In this document: positions 1 through 9,602 of the stretch, piece after piece
Numbering within the stretch: position 1 is the first letter of the stretch
Layout: each line of letters begins with the position of its first letter
Assembly: GCA_033763315.1 (NCBI GenBank)
Contig: JANRKS010000035.1
Span: 128,001 to 192,000, forward strand
Length of the DNA: 64,000 nt
Reading direction: 5' to 3'
Origin: Deltaproteobacteria bacterium
GTDB lineage: Bacteria > Myxococcota_A > Polyangia > Fen-1088
Notes under the pieces: model-generated
Databases searched by the model: none
What the model saw: only the letters and a program-made list of their open reading frames with translations
Told to the model about the DNA's origin: nothing
Program-made: the position numbers and the translations under genes

Positions 1-6
1 ACAACT

Positions 7-1296
7 TTGGTGTGCTTGGGGTTTCTTTTCTGCTTGGCATTGGCGTTTGTGCCATGGCAGCAGTCAGTCAAAGGTGACGGTCGTGTGATCGCGTTTACGC
101 CACTTGAACGGCAGCAGTCGATTCAAGCGCCACTCGAAGGCCGCATCGTGCGCTGGTGGGTTCAAGAAGGCGCACGCGTGGCGGCGGGCGATCGCTTACT
201 TGAGATAAGCGACAACGATCCGCAACTGATCGAACGCATCACGGCCGAGATCAACGCCACGAAAGACAAGCTCGCGCGCGCAAAGGAACGCGCAGCCACC
301 GTGCAGGATCGCATTCGCTCGCTTTCCGAATCAAAGTCTTTGGGCACGACGGCCGCGCAAGCACGCGTGCAGATGGCCCAAGATCGCAAGGCCTCTGCGC
401 TACAAGCGTTAGACGCCGCTCGCGCGGCAGACAAAACCGCAAAGCTAAACCTTGAGCGGCAACACAAGCTCATGAACGAAGGCCTTGCGTCCAAGCGTGC
501 GCACGAATTGGCGGAACTTGAGGCCGCGCAGCGGCGCACCGACGTGGATCGCGCCCTCGCGGCCGTAAGCGCCGCAGAGAACGAACTACTGGCTCTTAAG
601 GCCGATCAAGGCAAGGTGGGCACGGACATCGGGGCCACGATTGAATCCGCGCGCGCTGACTACGCGAAGGCGCTCGAAGACGTGGCCCACTCTGAAGCGG
701 AGCTTAACCGCATCGAAGTGCGCCGCTCGCGACAGCAATCGCAGGTGTTGTACGCGCCACGCGCGGGCACCGTGCTTCGCCAGCTGGTGGGCGAAAGCGC
801 CGAGATGGTGAAAGCCGGAGATCCGCTGTTGGTACTGGTGCCTGACACCGAACAACGTGCCGTGGAAATGTGGGTCGACGGAAACGACGCGCCCTTGATC
901 TCGCCTGGGCGTCACGTCCGTTTGCAATTTGAAGGCTGGCCTGCGATTCAGTTTTCGGGCTGGCCCTCCGTGGCCGTGGGCACCTTCGGTGGCGTGGTTT
1001 CATTTGTGGATGCCACCGACAACGGCCATGGCGATTTTCGCATCGTCGTATCGCCGGACACCTCAGAACCGTGGCCAGACATTCGTTACCTTCGCCAAGG
1101 CGTGCACACCAAGGGCTGGGTGTTGCTGAACCGCGTGCGCTTGGGCTTTGAGCTGTGGCGAAACTGGAACGGCTTTCCGCCCATGATTCTTCACGACACG
1201 CACAAGACAGAAACACCCGCCAAGAAGGGCAAGCCAACCACCAAAGAGGGGCACGACCGCAAGACCGACGAAAGCAAGGCCAAGGAGTCCTTATGA
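7..1296 (+). CDS. HlyD-family membrane fusion (periplasmic adaptor) protein; true start may lie upstream of the window
   Basis: N-terminal TM helix, lipoyl-like halves (IQAPLEGRIVRWWVQEG; YAPRAGTV...VKAGDPLL) flanking a long coiled coil; ATGA overlap with a TolC-like gene. Confidence 0.88.
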   Translation: MVCLGFLFCLALAFVPWQQSVKGDGRVIAFTPLERQQSIQAPLEGRIVRWWVQEGARVAAGDRLLEISDNDPQLIERITAEINATKDKLARAKERAATVQDRIRSLSESKSLGTTAAQARVQMAQDRKASALQALDAARAADKTAKLNLERQHKLMNEGLASKRAHELAELEAAQRRTDVDRALAAVSAAENELLALKADQGKVGTDIGATIESARADYAKALEDVAHSEAELNRIEVRRSRQQSQVLYAPRAGTVLRQLVGESAEMVKAGDPLLVLVPDTEQRAVEMWVDGNDAPLISPGRHVRLQFEGWPAIQFSGWPSVAVGTFGGVVSFVDATDNGHGDFRIVVSPDTSEPWPDIRYLRQGVHTKGWVLLNRVRLGFELWRNWNGFPPMILHDTHKTETPAKKGKPTTKEGHDRKTDESKAKESL

Positions 1297-2675
1297 GCTG
1301 GGCGATTGGCCTATTTGCCATCACGGTGGCAGCTAACACGGAGATCGAGTCGCCGCTCACTCTTGAGGACGTGCTGTCGTCGACGACTCGTGCGTATCCT
1401 TTGCTGGCGGCCGCGGAACAGAGGCGGCTTGTGGCGTCGGCGGACCTGCTATCGGCCGAAGGCGGATTCGATCCGTCCTGGAAAACGCGCGCGAACTCTT
1501 TTGCACCCGCTTATTACCCCTACTACACGATCGATTCTGTCATCGAGCAACCAACAACACTGTGGGGCACGAATGTGTTTGGCGGTTACCGGTGGGGGCG
1601 CGGCGATGTGCCACCGTATTACGGCAACGTTGAAACGGCTCGCGGTGGCGAACTGCGGGCGGGCGTCTCCGTACCGCTGCTGCGAAACGGCCCCATTGAC
1701 CGCAGACGCGCGAGCATTGAACAGGCAAAGCTTGGACAAAAAGTGGCGGATGGAGACCTGGCCTTGGTGCGCATTGATGTGTTGCGCGCGGCTGCCTATC
1801 GCTATTGGGATTGGGTGATGGCGGGGCGGCGTTTGGCCATCGCGAAAGAATTACTTGGCATTGCGGAGGCGCGCGATGAGGCCGTACATAGACGCAGCCA
1901 AGCCGGCGACGTGGCCCAAATCGACAAGGTCGACAATGAACGAGCGATTGCCGAACGCACCGAGCGGGTGGTGGCCTTCACGCGTTCGCTCGATCAAGCA
2001 GCCATTGCGTTGTCGTTGTTCGTGCGCGATTCGCAAGGTGAACCCGTGCGGCCCGCGCCTTCACGTCTGCCGTTGTCGCTGCCAGAGCCGCAGCATCTGC
2101 ACGACGCGCCGTTGGCCGGTGAGTTGGAACGTGCGCTATCACAAAGACCGGAGATGCTGCGATTGCGCGCCCAACGTCAACAGTTGGAGCTTGAACGGAC
2201 GTGGGCCAAAAACCAGAAGCTGCCGGGCCTCGATGTGGGAGTGGTGGCTTCGCGCGATTTAGGTCAAGGCGATCCGCGCTTTGCGCGCACGGAGGTCGCC
2301 GCCAACGTCATGCTTGATGTTCCATTGCAAAGGCGTGTGGCAACCGGGCGTGAGCAAGCGGCCATGGCCGGCATTGAGCGCCTGCGCGCAGAGGAGCAAA
2401 TGGCCAAAGACCGCATCGAAGCTGAAGTGCGCGACAGCTTGTCGGCGCTTGAGGCCGCTTGGAAGCGCGTGGGGCTGGCGCGGCGACAACGCGGCCTGGC
2501 CATCCAGCTTGAAAAGGCAGAACGAACCCGTTTCGAGTTGGGCGAAAGCAATCTGTTGCTCGTGAACCTGCGCGAGCAGGCCAGCGCGGACGCGGCCCTG
2601 GTGGAAGCAGAAGCGCTCGGTACGTGGCTGCGCGCCAAGGCCGATTACCGAGCGGCTTTGGCCGATCCACACTAA
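1293..2675 (+). CDS. TolC-family outer membrane efflux protein
   Basis: ATG at 1293 with AAGGAG upstream; signal peptide, LTLEDVL start and two OEP-like helical repeats (ERTRFELGESNLLLVNLRE). Confidence 0.85.
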   Translation: MSWAIGLFAITVAANTEIESPLTLEDVLSSTTRAYPLLAAAEQRRLVASADLLSAEGGFDPSWKTRANSFAPAYYPYYTIDSVIEQPTTLWGTNVFGGYRWGRGDVPPYYGNVETARGGELRAGVSVPLLRNGPIDRRRASIEQAKLGQKVADGDLALVRIDVLRAAAYRYWDWVMAGRRLAIAKELLGIAEARDEAVHRRSQAGDVAQIDKVDNERAIAERTERVVAFTRSLDQAAIALSLFVRDSQGEPVRPAPSRLPLSLPEPQHLHDAPLAGELERALSQRPEMLRLRAQRQQLELERTWAKNQKLPGLDVGVVASRDLGQGDPRFARTEVAANVMLDVPLQRRVATGREQAAMAGIERLRAEEQMAKDRIEAEVRDSLSALEAAWKRVGLARRQRGLAIQLEKAERTRFELGESNLLLVNLREQASADAALVEAEALGTWLRAKADYRAALADPH

Positions 2676-3947
2676 ATGCAGCAAAAAAAGCTTCACCTTG
2701 GACATGAGCGGTGGCAGACCATGGGGGTGACGATACCTGTTGCCGTTCCGACCGTGGTTCCTGCGCGGGGCCTTCGACCCTTGCCGCTTCTGACGGCCGT
2801 AAACTTCTTTAATTACATGGACCGCCAAGTGGTCTACAGCATGACGCCGTTCATCGCTGAGAGCTTTGGCATTTCAAAGTTTCATCTCGGGCTGTTGTCG
2901 CTCGTGAACCTTGTGGTGTTCGCGGTTGCCTCACTGGCTTCGGGGCCGATCGCCGATCGGTTTGGACCACGCCGGGTGATCTTCGGCGGCGTGTTCATCT
3001 GGGCCGTGGCCACGATCGGTTCGGCGTTGGCCACTTCGTTTCCGGTGTTGCTGGTGTTCCGTGCGCTTGTGGGTGTGGGCGAAGGCGCGTATGGACCCAG
3101 CGCCATCATTCTGCTGTGCGCGGCGGCCGATCCCAAAGCGCAAGGACGTTCGCTTGGCATCTACAACGCAGGGATGGCCGTGGGCGGCAGCATGGGTCTG
3201 TTTTTGGGCGCCATCTTGGCGCCCTCGATTGGCTGGCGAGGCGTGTTTTGGATCGCCGGGGCACCATCGTTGTTGCTGGCCTTGCTTACCGTGTTTGTGG
3301 CGGCGCCCTCTCGTTTACCCAGGCCGCACGTGCAACCCACACGCGCCTATCTTCTGCACCCCACTTATTTGCTGATGACCTTGGGCGGCGTGCTCGTCAC
3401 TTTCGCGGCAGCCGGACTGCTGTTCTGGGCACGTTGGTTGATCATCGATGAACGCGGCTTTTCGGTGGTGGGTGGCAGCATCTTGATGTTGTGCATTGGC
3501 CTTGGCTGCGGCATCGGCGGCGTCATCACGGGCGGCTACTTGGGAGATTGGATGGGCCACCGCCGCACGGGCGGGCACGCGTTTGTCATGGGCATCTCGC
3601 TGTTGGCAGCCATCCCCGTGGGCATAGGCTGCTTAACCGTGCGACAACCCGTGGCGTTCGCCATTCTCACCGCTTGCGTTGTGTTCTTGCTGTCTATCTA
3701 TAACGGCCCCGCGGCGGTGGTTGTGGATCAATTGGCACCACCGCAATACGCGGCCACCTTACAAGCCGTGTTCCTGTTTTCGGTGCACGTCCTGGGTGAT
3801 GCGCCGGCGGCGACGGTGGTCGGATACATCTCGGGCTTTACGTCCGTGGGCAACGCGTTGCTGGTCACGGTGGTGGCTTTCGGCTTGGCGGGCGTTATGT
3901 TTCTGCTGGTCGGGCGACGGCAACGGCTGGCAGGGCAGCTGCATTAG
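2676..3947 (+). CDS. MFS transporter (Spinster-like)
   Basis: NFFNYMDRQ motif, motif A (GPIADRFGPRR), RALVGVGEG, about 12 TM segments. Confidence 0.85.
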   Translation: MQQKKLHLGHERWQTMGVTIPVAVPTVVPARGLRPLPLLTAVNFFNYMDRQVVYSMTPFIAESFGISKFHLGLLSLVNLVVFAVASLASGPIADRFGPRRVIFGGVFIWAVATIGSALATSFPVLLVFRALVGVGEGAYGPSAIILLCAAADPKAQGRSLGIYNAGMAVGGSMGLFLGAILAPSIGWRGVFWIAGAPSLLLALLTVFVAAPSRLPRPHVQPTRAYLLHPTYLLMTLGGVLVTFAAAGLLFWARWLIIDERGFSVVGGSILMLCIGLGCGIGGVITGGYLGDWMGHRRTGGHAFVMGISLLAAIPVGIGCLTVRQPVAFAILTACVVFLLSIYNGPAAVVVDQLAPPQYAATLQAVFLFSVHVLGDAPAATVVGYISGFTSVGNALLVTVVAFGLAGVMFLLVGRRQRLAGQLH

Positions 3948-3956
3948 CGTAAAACA

Positions 3957-4556
3957 ATGATGACCGAAGCGGAACACAACGGCCGCACACGCATTGTGCT
4001 GACAGGCGGGCCCGGAGGCGGCAAGAGCACGGCGGCAGATATGTTCCGCCGCGAGATCGGCGATCGCGTCGTGGTGGTGCCCGAAGCCGCGACCATTCTG
4101 TATGGCGGTGGCTTTCCTCGCCCCGCGCTCGAACACGCGCGCCGGTCCACCCAGCAAGCCATTTTCCACGTGCAAAGAAATCTGGAAGACGTGCAAGCGC
4201 GCCTTTATCCAGATCGCGTTCTGCTTTGCGATCGTGGAACCATCGACGGCGCCGCGTATTGGCCCGGCTCTCCCGATGATTTTTTCAACGCCATGGGCAC
4301 CACGCTGGCGCGGGAGTTTGAGCGTTACGATGCGGTCATCCATTTCGAGAGCGCGGCTGCGGGCGGCATAGCCATCGAAGGTGGCAATCCCGTGCGCAAC
4401 GAAACGTTGAAAGAAGCATTGCTGCTCGATCGCAAATTGCAGGCGATCTGGTCAGCCCACCCGCATTTTCACGTGATTCCACACAACGCTTCGTTTCTGG
4501 CGAAGATCACTCAGGCCCTACGCCTGTTGCAATCGCTTGTGGATGCCAACGGCTGA
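3957..4556 (+). CDS. P-loop ATPase/kinase, AAA_28 (NadR-like) family
   Basis: RIVLTGGPGGGKST Walker A, VPEAAT, LCDRGTID motifs. Confidence 0.8.
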   Translation: MMTEAEHNGRTRIVLTGGPGGGKSTAADMFRREIGDRVVVVPEAATILYGGGFPRPALEHARRSTQQAIFHVQRNLEDVQARLYPDRVLLCDRGTIDGAAYWPGSPDDFFNAMGTTLAREFERYDAVIHFESAAAGGIAIEGGNPVRNETLKEALLLDRKLQAIWSAHPHFHVIPHNASFLAKITQALRLLQSLVDANG

Positions 4557-4560
4557 AAAG

Positions 4561-4598
4561 CAAAACGCCCAGGTGAAACGAGTCACCCAGGCGTTTTG
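4561..4598. terminator. Probable bidirectional intrinsic terminator
   Basis: CAAAACGCC...GGCGTTTTG inverted repeat with inner GGTGA/TCACC stem, between convergent genes. Confidence 0.6.
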
Positions 4599-4616
4599 TG
4601 CCACCGACCAAAACAG

Positions 4617-6077
4617 CTACTTGCCGCTCGCAGCCAGCTCGGCAATTTGCTGCGGTGACAAGTTGGTGTTGTACAAGCGCACTTCATCGACCAGGCCACC
4701 GAAGAACTGCTTGACCATATCAAGTGCGCCGGCGCCACCGATGATGGTGTCCGTGGTGTCGGCAGCAATCGGCCAACCGATGTCGAGCGACGAGGCCTGC
4801 ATACCGTTGACGAACAAGTTCAACGTGATGCCATCGTACGTGGCGGCCAGATGCGCCCATTGGCCGGCCGGAATTGCCTGAGGCGCTTCTGCGAAGAAGA
4901 AATGAACACCCGCGATCGGCTTGCCCACTTTCAGTCCAAGCGCAAAATGTTGGAAAGCGGTGTCCGCCTCCTGGCGCGCAATCACTTGCTGAAGCTCTTC
5001 AAACACACTCACAGGGCCTGGGTTCACCCACGCGGCCACTGTGAAGGCGCCATTGACGCCCGTAGAATCGATTGAATCCGAGCGGCGCACCCGCACCGAA
5101 GTTTGCGGTGCAGAGAGATCAAGCGCTGCACCAATCTTTCCCGGAGCGATCGTGGCCGGCACAGGCATTCGGTTGGGGCTGGATCCCAAAGTCACCTCAC
5201 CGTTGTTGCCAAAGCCAGACTGATCTGGAACGAAGGATCCCATCACCCCGTCAAAGCTCCAGTGACCGATAAGACCCGCGGGCGGCGGTGGGGGGCCGCC
5301 CAAGGACGAACCCGAAATTTCGGCCGAGGCAAATGCGCCGTCCGATGTGGCGATGAGGCTGGCGAACGAGCGTTGTGAAGGAACGGTTGGCGAGAATGTC
5401 ACCGTGACATCGCAAACTCCGCCCGGGGGCAAGGGCATCCGGCAATTGTTCTGGGTGATGGCGAACTCAGACAGGCTCTTCAAAAGGATTTGAGGAGGCG
5501 ACAGCTGCGCGGTCGAGGGATTGGACAGCCTAAAAAAGGCGATCCTGGAACCACCGACGGGCACGGGACCAAAGTCAAAAGCGGCTGGGAAGAACTGCAG
5601 AGCGACCGGCGGCGGTGGAACTTCGTCGGGCTGGAAGTCAGCCTTGACGTCCACAACGCCGTTGGGCCGCAGCACCACCGACACTGACGTTCGCAGGCCG
5701 CCTTGCAGGATCAGGTTCTGTGTGTCCGAGATCCAAGACGGAGTGCTGTCCTTGGGCCCTTGCGGGCAGGCGCCCGAGAAGGCGTCCATATCGAACGTCA
5801 CACCGCCTGTCGGCAAACCCTGAATCGTGAATGTGGAGGGTGACCCTGGCTTGACGTCGTGGGTGCGCACAACCGTGCGCGAGCGACCCGTGACGGTGGC
5901 ACGCACGCAGGCCACATCCTTGGGCACGGAGGTTAATGCGACCTGCACCAAGGCCGTCTCGGCGGCGATGTCAGATGGGCTCTCTTGCTCACCACACCCC
6001 GCAAGCAGTGCACCCAGTCCGAAGACGGTCACCCCGGTCGCCCAACGTCCGTTCTTGAAGATTCCGTTTAGTTCCAC
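4617..6077 (-). CDS. Lipoprotein with Ig-like (ASH/choice-of-anchor D-like) domain and C-terminal LamG/concanavalin-like domain
   Basis: GTG at 6077 after AAGGAG; lipobox LLAGC; FDFGPVPVG...CDVTVTFSP Ig-like segment; GHWSFD, QWAHLAATYDG, GLVDEVRLYN LamG motifs. Confidence 0.78.
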   Translation of the reverse strand: MELNGIFKNGRWATGVTVFGLGALLAGCGEQESPSDIAAETALVQVALTSVPKDVACVRATVTGRSRTVVRTHDVKPGSPSTFTIQGLPTGGVTFDMDAFSGACPQGPKDSTPSWISDTQNLILQGGLRTSVSVVLRPNGVVDVKADFQPDEVPPPPVALQFFPAAFDFGPVPVGGSRIAFFRLSNPSTAQLSPPQILLKSLSEFAITQNNCRMPLPPGGVCDVTVTFSPTVPSQRSFASLIATSDGAFASAEISGSSLGGPPPPPAGLIGHWSFDGVMGSFVPDQSGFGNNGEVTLGSSPNRMPVPATIAPGKIGAALDLSAPQTSVRVRRSDSIDSTGVNGAFTVAAWVNPGPVSVFEELQQVIARQEADTAFQHFALGLKVGKPIAGVHFFFAEAPQAIPAGQWAHLAATYDGITLNLFVNGMQASSLDIGWPIAADTTDTIIGGAGALDMVKQFFGGLVDEVRLYNTNLSPQQIAELAASGK

Positions 6078-6194
6078 AGCTTCTCTCCTTGTTTGCAGCC
6101 CATGCTTGGCCAGGCATGAGGGCATGGCAAGCGACTCGTCGCAAAAATATTTGGCAAATCTTCACGCGGCCCAAACCCCTGTTACATTCCCAGG

Positions 6195-6677
6195 ATGCAG
6201 ATCGCGGCAAACAAAGTGGTTTCCATCGAGTACACCCTCAAGGACACGGACGGGAAAGTCCTGGACACGTCCGACGGCGGCGAGCCTTTGCTTTACCTGC
6301 ACGGCGCCTCGAACATCGTGCCCGGCCTTGAAAAGGCGCTTGAGGGCAAATCCGAAGGCGATTCGGTCGAGGTCACTGTGCAACCCGAAGAGGGCTATGG
6401 CACGCGCGATGACAACGCGATCCGCAAGATGCCCGCCCGCAAGCTCTCCGCCGATAAGCGCGTGGCCGTGGGGCAGCGCTACCGGGCGATGACCCCCGAG
6501 GGCCCACGCATTGTCACGGTTCTCTCCGTGGCAGGCGATTACTGCACGGTTGATGCGAACCACCCGTTGGCGGGCATCGTCTTGAACTTTGCCGTCAAAG
6601 TCGTTGGCATCCGTGACGCCTCTGAAGAAGAAGTCGCGCACGGACACGTTCACACGCCCGGCAGCCACCAACACTGA
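6195..6677 (+). CDS. slyD: FKBP-type peptidyl-prolyl isomerase SlyD
   Basis: VVSIEYTL, YLHGASNIVPGLEKAL, VDANHPLAG, His-rich C-terminal tail. Confidence 0.93.
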   Translation: MQIAANKVVSIEYTLKDTDGKVLDTSDGGEPLLYLHGASNIVPGLEKALEGKSEGDSVEVTVQPEEGYGTRDDNAIRKMPARKLSADKRVAVGQRYRAMTPEGPRIVTVLSVAGDYCTVDANHPLAGIVLNFAVKVVGIRDASEEEVAHGHVHTPGSHQH

Positions 6678-6723
6678 GCGAAGCCAAAGCAAAATCCACC
6701 CCACCGTGCTATGGCCCTAGGCC

Positions 6724-7734
6724 ATGGGCACAGGAACGAGGCCATGGCTAAAGCGAGTGGCAGGGGTGATGTGGTGTTTGAGCATGACAGCCATCGCCTG
6801 CGACGACGAAACCAGTGGTCGTGGGCAAAGCGGCGGTGACGCGGCCATGGGCCAATTCGACGGCTTGGCAAGCGACGCTTTCGATGGCCTCAAGAGTGAC
6901 GCTGCTGACGGCGGCATCACAAGCGCTCTTGATGGCAGCGCAGCGGATGCGTTCTGCATCGACCCAGCCTCGATCCGTGACGCCAACGCGAGCGAGCTGC
7001 AAAGCCGCGTGCTTTACACAAACGACTTCGAGACGCCCAATGTGACGCTGGCCGTGGACTGCCCCCACGCGCTCGATGCGCGCGGAATCAACTTCCTTTA
7101 CGGAACACCTGCCTTTGCGTTCAACCAAGTGAACACAGTTGAAGGCGTCATCATCAACGATCCGTCCAAGCTTTATAAAAACCCTGCAGGCACGGGCGGC
7201 AAGTTTGCTCTCGGCATGCTTTCCACACTGCAAGACGATCGGCTTTCATTGACGTTTGATGTTACGGGCAAGCCGTTTCTTAACGTGGGGCTAGTTCTTT
7301 CCGCCATCGACGTCAACGGCTGCGGCGGGCCCTTCGGCGTGGCACGACCTGTGATGAAGGTGTCGCTCTATGAAACCACAACGGGCGTCCACAATTTTTC
7401 GACGCCAGGCAAGCTTTTGGATGAAGGGATGATTACGGGCGACGCGCCAGCGGATCCGTGGACGTTTGCGTGGAAATACGGGGTTGTCAGCTTGGATGCC
7501 AGCCAGGCCACAACAGCGCGTGTATCGGTTGTGTTCGACCTTCTTCAAAGCGGATACGCCGCGTTTGATAACCTTTCCATTGTGGCCTCGGCTAAGGCAG
7601 GCGTTGTTGATGAAAACAACGACGGCATTCCTGACGACGTTCCCGTGTGCGGGCGCACCATTCGAGTTTGTCCGTGGAACCCAAGCACCATGGATTTCGA
7701 CACCAACTGCACCTTCGTCGACGCGGGCCAGTGA
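6724..7734 (+). CDS. Hypothetical lipoprotein
   Basis: Lipobox-like AIAC, acidic DAADGG linker, beta-rich domain, DENNDGIPDD Ca-binding-like motif. Confidence 0.65.
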   Translation: MGTGTRPWLKRVAGVMWCLSMTAIACDDETSGRGQSGGDAAMGQFDGLASDAFDGLKSDAADGGITSALDGSAADAFCIDPASIRDANASELQSRVLYTNDFETPNVTLAVDCPHALDARGINFLYGTPAFAFNQVNTVEGVIINDPSKLYKNPAGTGGKFALGMLSTLQDDRLSLTFDVTGKPFLNVGLVLSAIDVNGCGGPFGVARPVMKVSLYETTTGVHNFSTPGKLLDEGMITGDAPADPWTFAWKYGVVSLDASQATTARVSVVFDLLQSGYAAFDNLSIVASAKAGVVDENNDGIPDDVPVCGRTIRVCPWNPSTMDFDTNCTFVDAGQ

Positions 7735-7864
7735 ACGCCAACTGCTGCGGCGTTATAACACTGGCGGCGTCGCTTTGATCCACGCGGTCACAACATCGAT
7801 GCCGTCTGGATCGGCGTCAATTGCCGCACACAAAGAACGGTGTTCACGGGTACGAGCTACGCAA

Positions 7865-8155
7865 CTATTGAGCGGTTGGGCCAGCAGCATCACCGCCGCC
7901 ATCACCCAACGCGTCCCCCACAGCGCCGTCACCGGCTGCATCAACGATCACGGCATCCGTACCAGCGTCAGCCATCGGCGTGCTGCCACCAGCAGCGTCG
8001 GCCATCGGCGTGCTGCCACCAGCAGCGTCGCCGCCATCGGATACCACGGCGGCGTCATAAGGCGACAAGCCGTCCTCATCGCCACATCCAACCAGGCCCA
8101 ACGTTGCACACGCGGTGGCCACCCACATCATCCTGATCTTGCTGTTTTTGCCCAT
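7865..8155 (-). CDS. Small lipoprotein consisting only of anchor and acidic linker
   Basis: MGKNSK...LGLVGC lipobox followed by DAAGG/DAG repeats; resembles the N-terminus of 48895..50106. Confidence 0.6.
   Translation of the reverse strand: MGKNSKIRMMWVATACATLGLVGCGDEDGLSPYDAAVVSDGGDAAGGSTPMADAAGGSTPMADAGTDAVIVDAAGDGAVGDALGDGGGDAAGPTAQ
7971..8030. repeat. Perfect 30-bp tandem duplication (2 copies)
   Basis: GCCATCGGCGTGCTGCCACCAGCAGCGTCG at 7971-8000 and 8001-8030; encodes DAAGGSTPMA x2 on the minus strand. Confidence 0.95.
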
Positions 8156-8327
8156 TGAGGGCGGCATTTTACGCGCGTTTTTCGAGATCGCGCAAGAAAG
8201 AAGGCGTGGCCGCACACCAACGGTGAAAGCAGCCACGCGTGAGTCCGTGCATAAGTGCGGATCGCTTTACCACCGCACGTTCAAGCGGCCCAGGCTGTGA
8301 AACGCCTGGGCGATGAGCCTCCACACC

Positions 8328-9506
8328 TTAATTGGTGGGCGTCACAGACGCGTAGGTCATCCCTACGCGAACTTCGTCGATCGCGCCGTTGGCAGGATTG
8401 GATCCTGGATACCAGGTGATGTTCCTAAAATCGAGTGCGGTGGTCGCGGTGAATTCCGCGCTCACCGTCGCGGGAGCCTGGCCCCCTAAAGACGTGGGAT
8501 TGACGTACAACTTCACCGAGCCACCGGTTGCCGTAAACGAAACGTTGAGGACCATGAAGACCGCTTGCCCCTTGGTGACAACGGCGCTCGTCTTGATTGG
8601 CGTTTCGGCGTTTCGGCCGCGCAGGCTCCAATAGCCAACGTCGCCCGTCTTCGATGCAGCGCCGAAGAAACCAACCGCAAACTTTCCGCCACCGTCTGAG
8701 TTGTTGTCCCACGGCACGTTGTTCGCACCAAAGGACACGTGCGAGTCACCATCGCCATCAGCGTCGCGGCGGAACAAAAAGCTAAGCCACAACGACTTGT
8801 CAACGGCGCCGATGAAGCCATCCTTCAAGTAGTCTTTGAACACGCCCTGAGCGCCAACATCGAAACGCCTTCCAGAGGACCGATACGCTTGGCCACCCGT
8901 GGCATGCCCCGGCGTCCTTTGCAGCGTCAGGTATGTCAACGGCATCGCCGCTGCGAGCTCAAAACCAGGCATGGTGATTTCGTCACTTTGAACATCCCAA
9001 CCGCTTTGCCAGCCAAAACCCGCTGCCGATGCATTCAAGCGTCCCGTGCTACCAAAGGGATCGTATGCGATGAGGCCCGGAACAGGCATCGCGTCCACGC
9101 CGCTGTCCGTACCTGTGTCAGCCGCCGAGCCATCCATGACATTGGCGTCCATCGCGGCCGCGTCCACCCCGGCATCCACCGTCATTCCACCCATGCCGTT
9201 GCCCGCGGCTCCGGCCATGCCGCCCGCAGATCCCGCCATACCGCCCGATGAACCAGCGGTGCCGCCGGCAGATCCCCCAGAGCCGGCCATACCGCCCGCT
9301 GAGCCGCCTTTACCGCCAGCGCCCCCCGAACCAACGCCACCTTTGCCAGCGGTGTTTGTTCCTCCACCGCCAGAATCGGAGCCCGCTGAGCCACCGCCCC
9401 CTCCGCCCGTGTCATCGTCGCCGCCTCCTGAATCACCACAGCTAATCACAATCGCAGCCGACAACATCAACAAGCCGCATCCCGTCACAACATAGTTCAT
9501 CTTCAT
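8328..9506 (-). CDS. Hypothetical lipoprotein with Gly-rich linker and beta-sandwich (lectin-like) C-terminal domain
   Basis: Lipobox VISC; GGSAGG repeats; C-terminal LYVNP...IDEVRVG. Confidence 0.7.
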   Translation of the reverse strand: MKMNYVVTGCGLLMLSAAIVISCGDSGGGDDDTGGGGGGSAGSDSGGGGTNTAGKGGVGSGGAGGKGGSAGGMAGSGGSAGGTAGSSGGMAGSAGGMAGAAGNGMGGMTVDAGVDAAAMDANVMDGSAADTGTDSGVDAMPVPGLIAYDPFGSTGRLNASAAGFGWQSGWDVQSDEITMPGFELAAAMPLTYLTLQRTPGHATGGQAYRSSGRRFDVGAQGVFKDYLKDGFIGAVDKSLWLSFLFRRDADGDGDSHVSFGANNVPWDNNSDGGGKFAVGFFGAASKTGDVGYWSLRGRNAETPIKTSAVVTKGQAVFMVLNVSFTATGGSVKLYVNPTSLGGQAPATVSAEFTATTALDFRNITWYPGSNPANGAIDEVRVGMTYASVTPTN

Positions 9507-9575
9507 AGGGGCGCAGTATGTCATCGTGTGGTGAACGTCACAAGTGGGAGCGCTTCCTTAGGTGTGGCCGGCTCA

Positions 9576-9602
9576 ATACACTCGGTGTATCCTATCGTGT
9601 AT
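9576..9602 (+). promoter_or_regulatory. Putative VapB operator
   Basis: ATACAC-TCG-GTGTAT palindrome (9576-9590) plus a third GTGTAT half-site (9597-9602) overlapping the antitoxin ATG. Confidence 0.55.

Noticed and set aside
8288-8311. GCCCAGGC/GCCTGGGC hairpin as a REP family with the 4561 hairpin
   Set aside because: Only short shared words (CCCAGG, GTGAAAC); no further copies noticed
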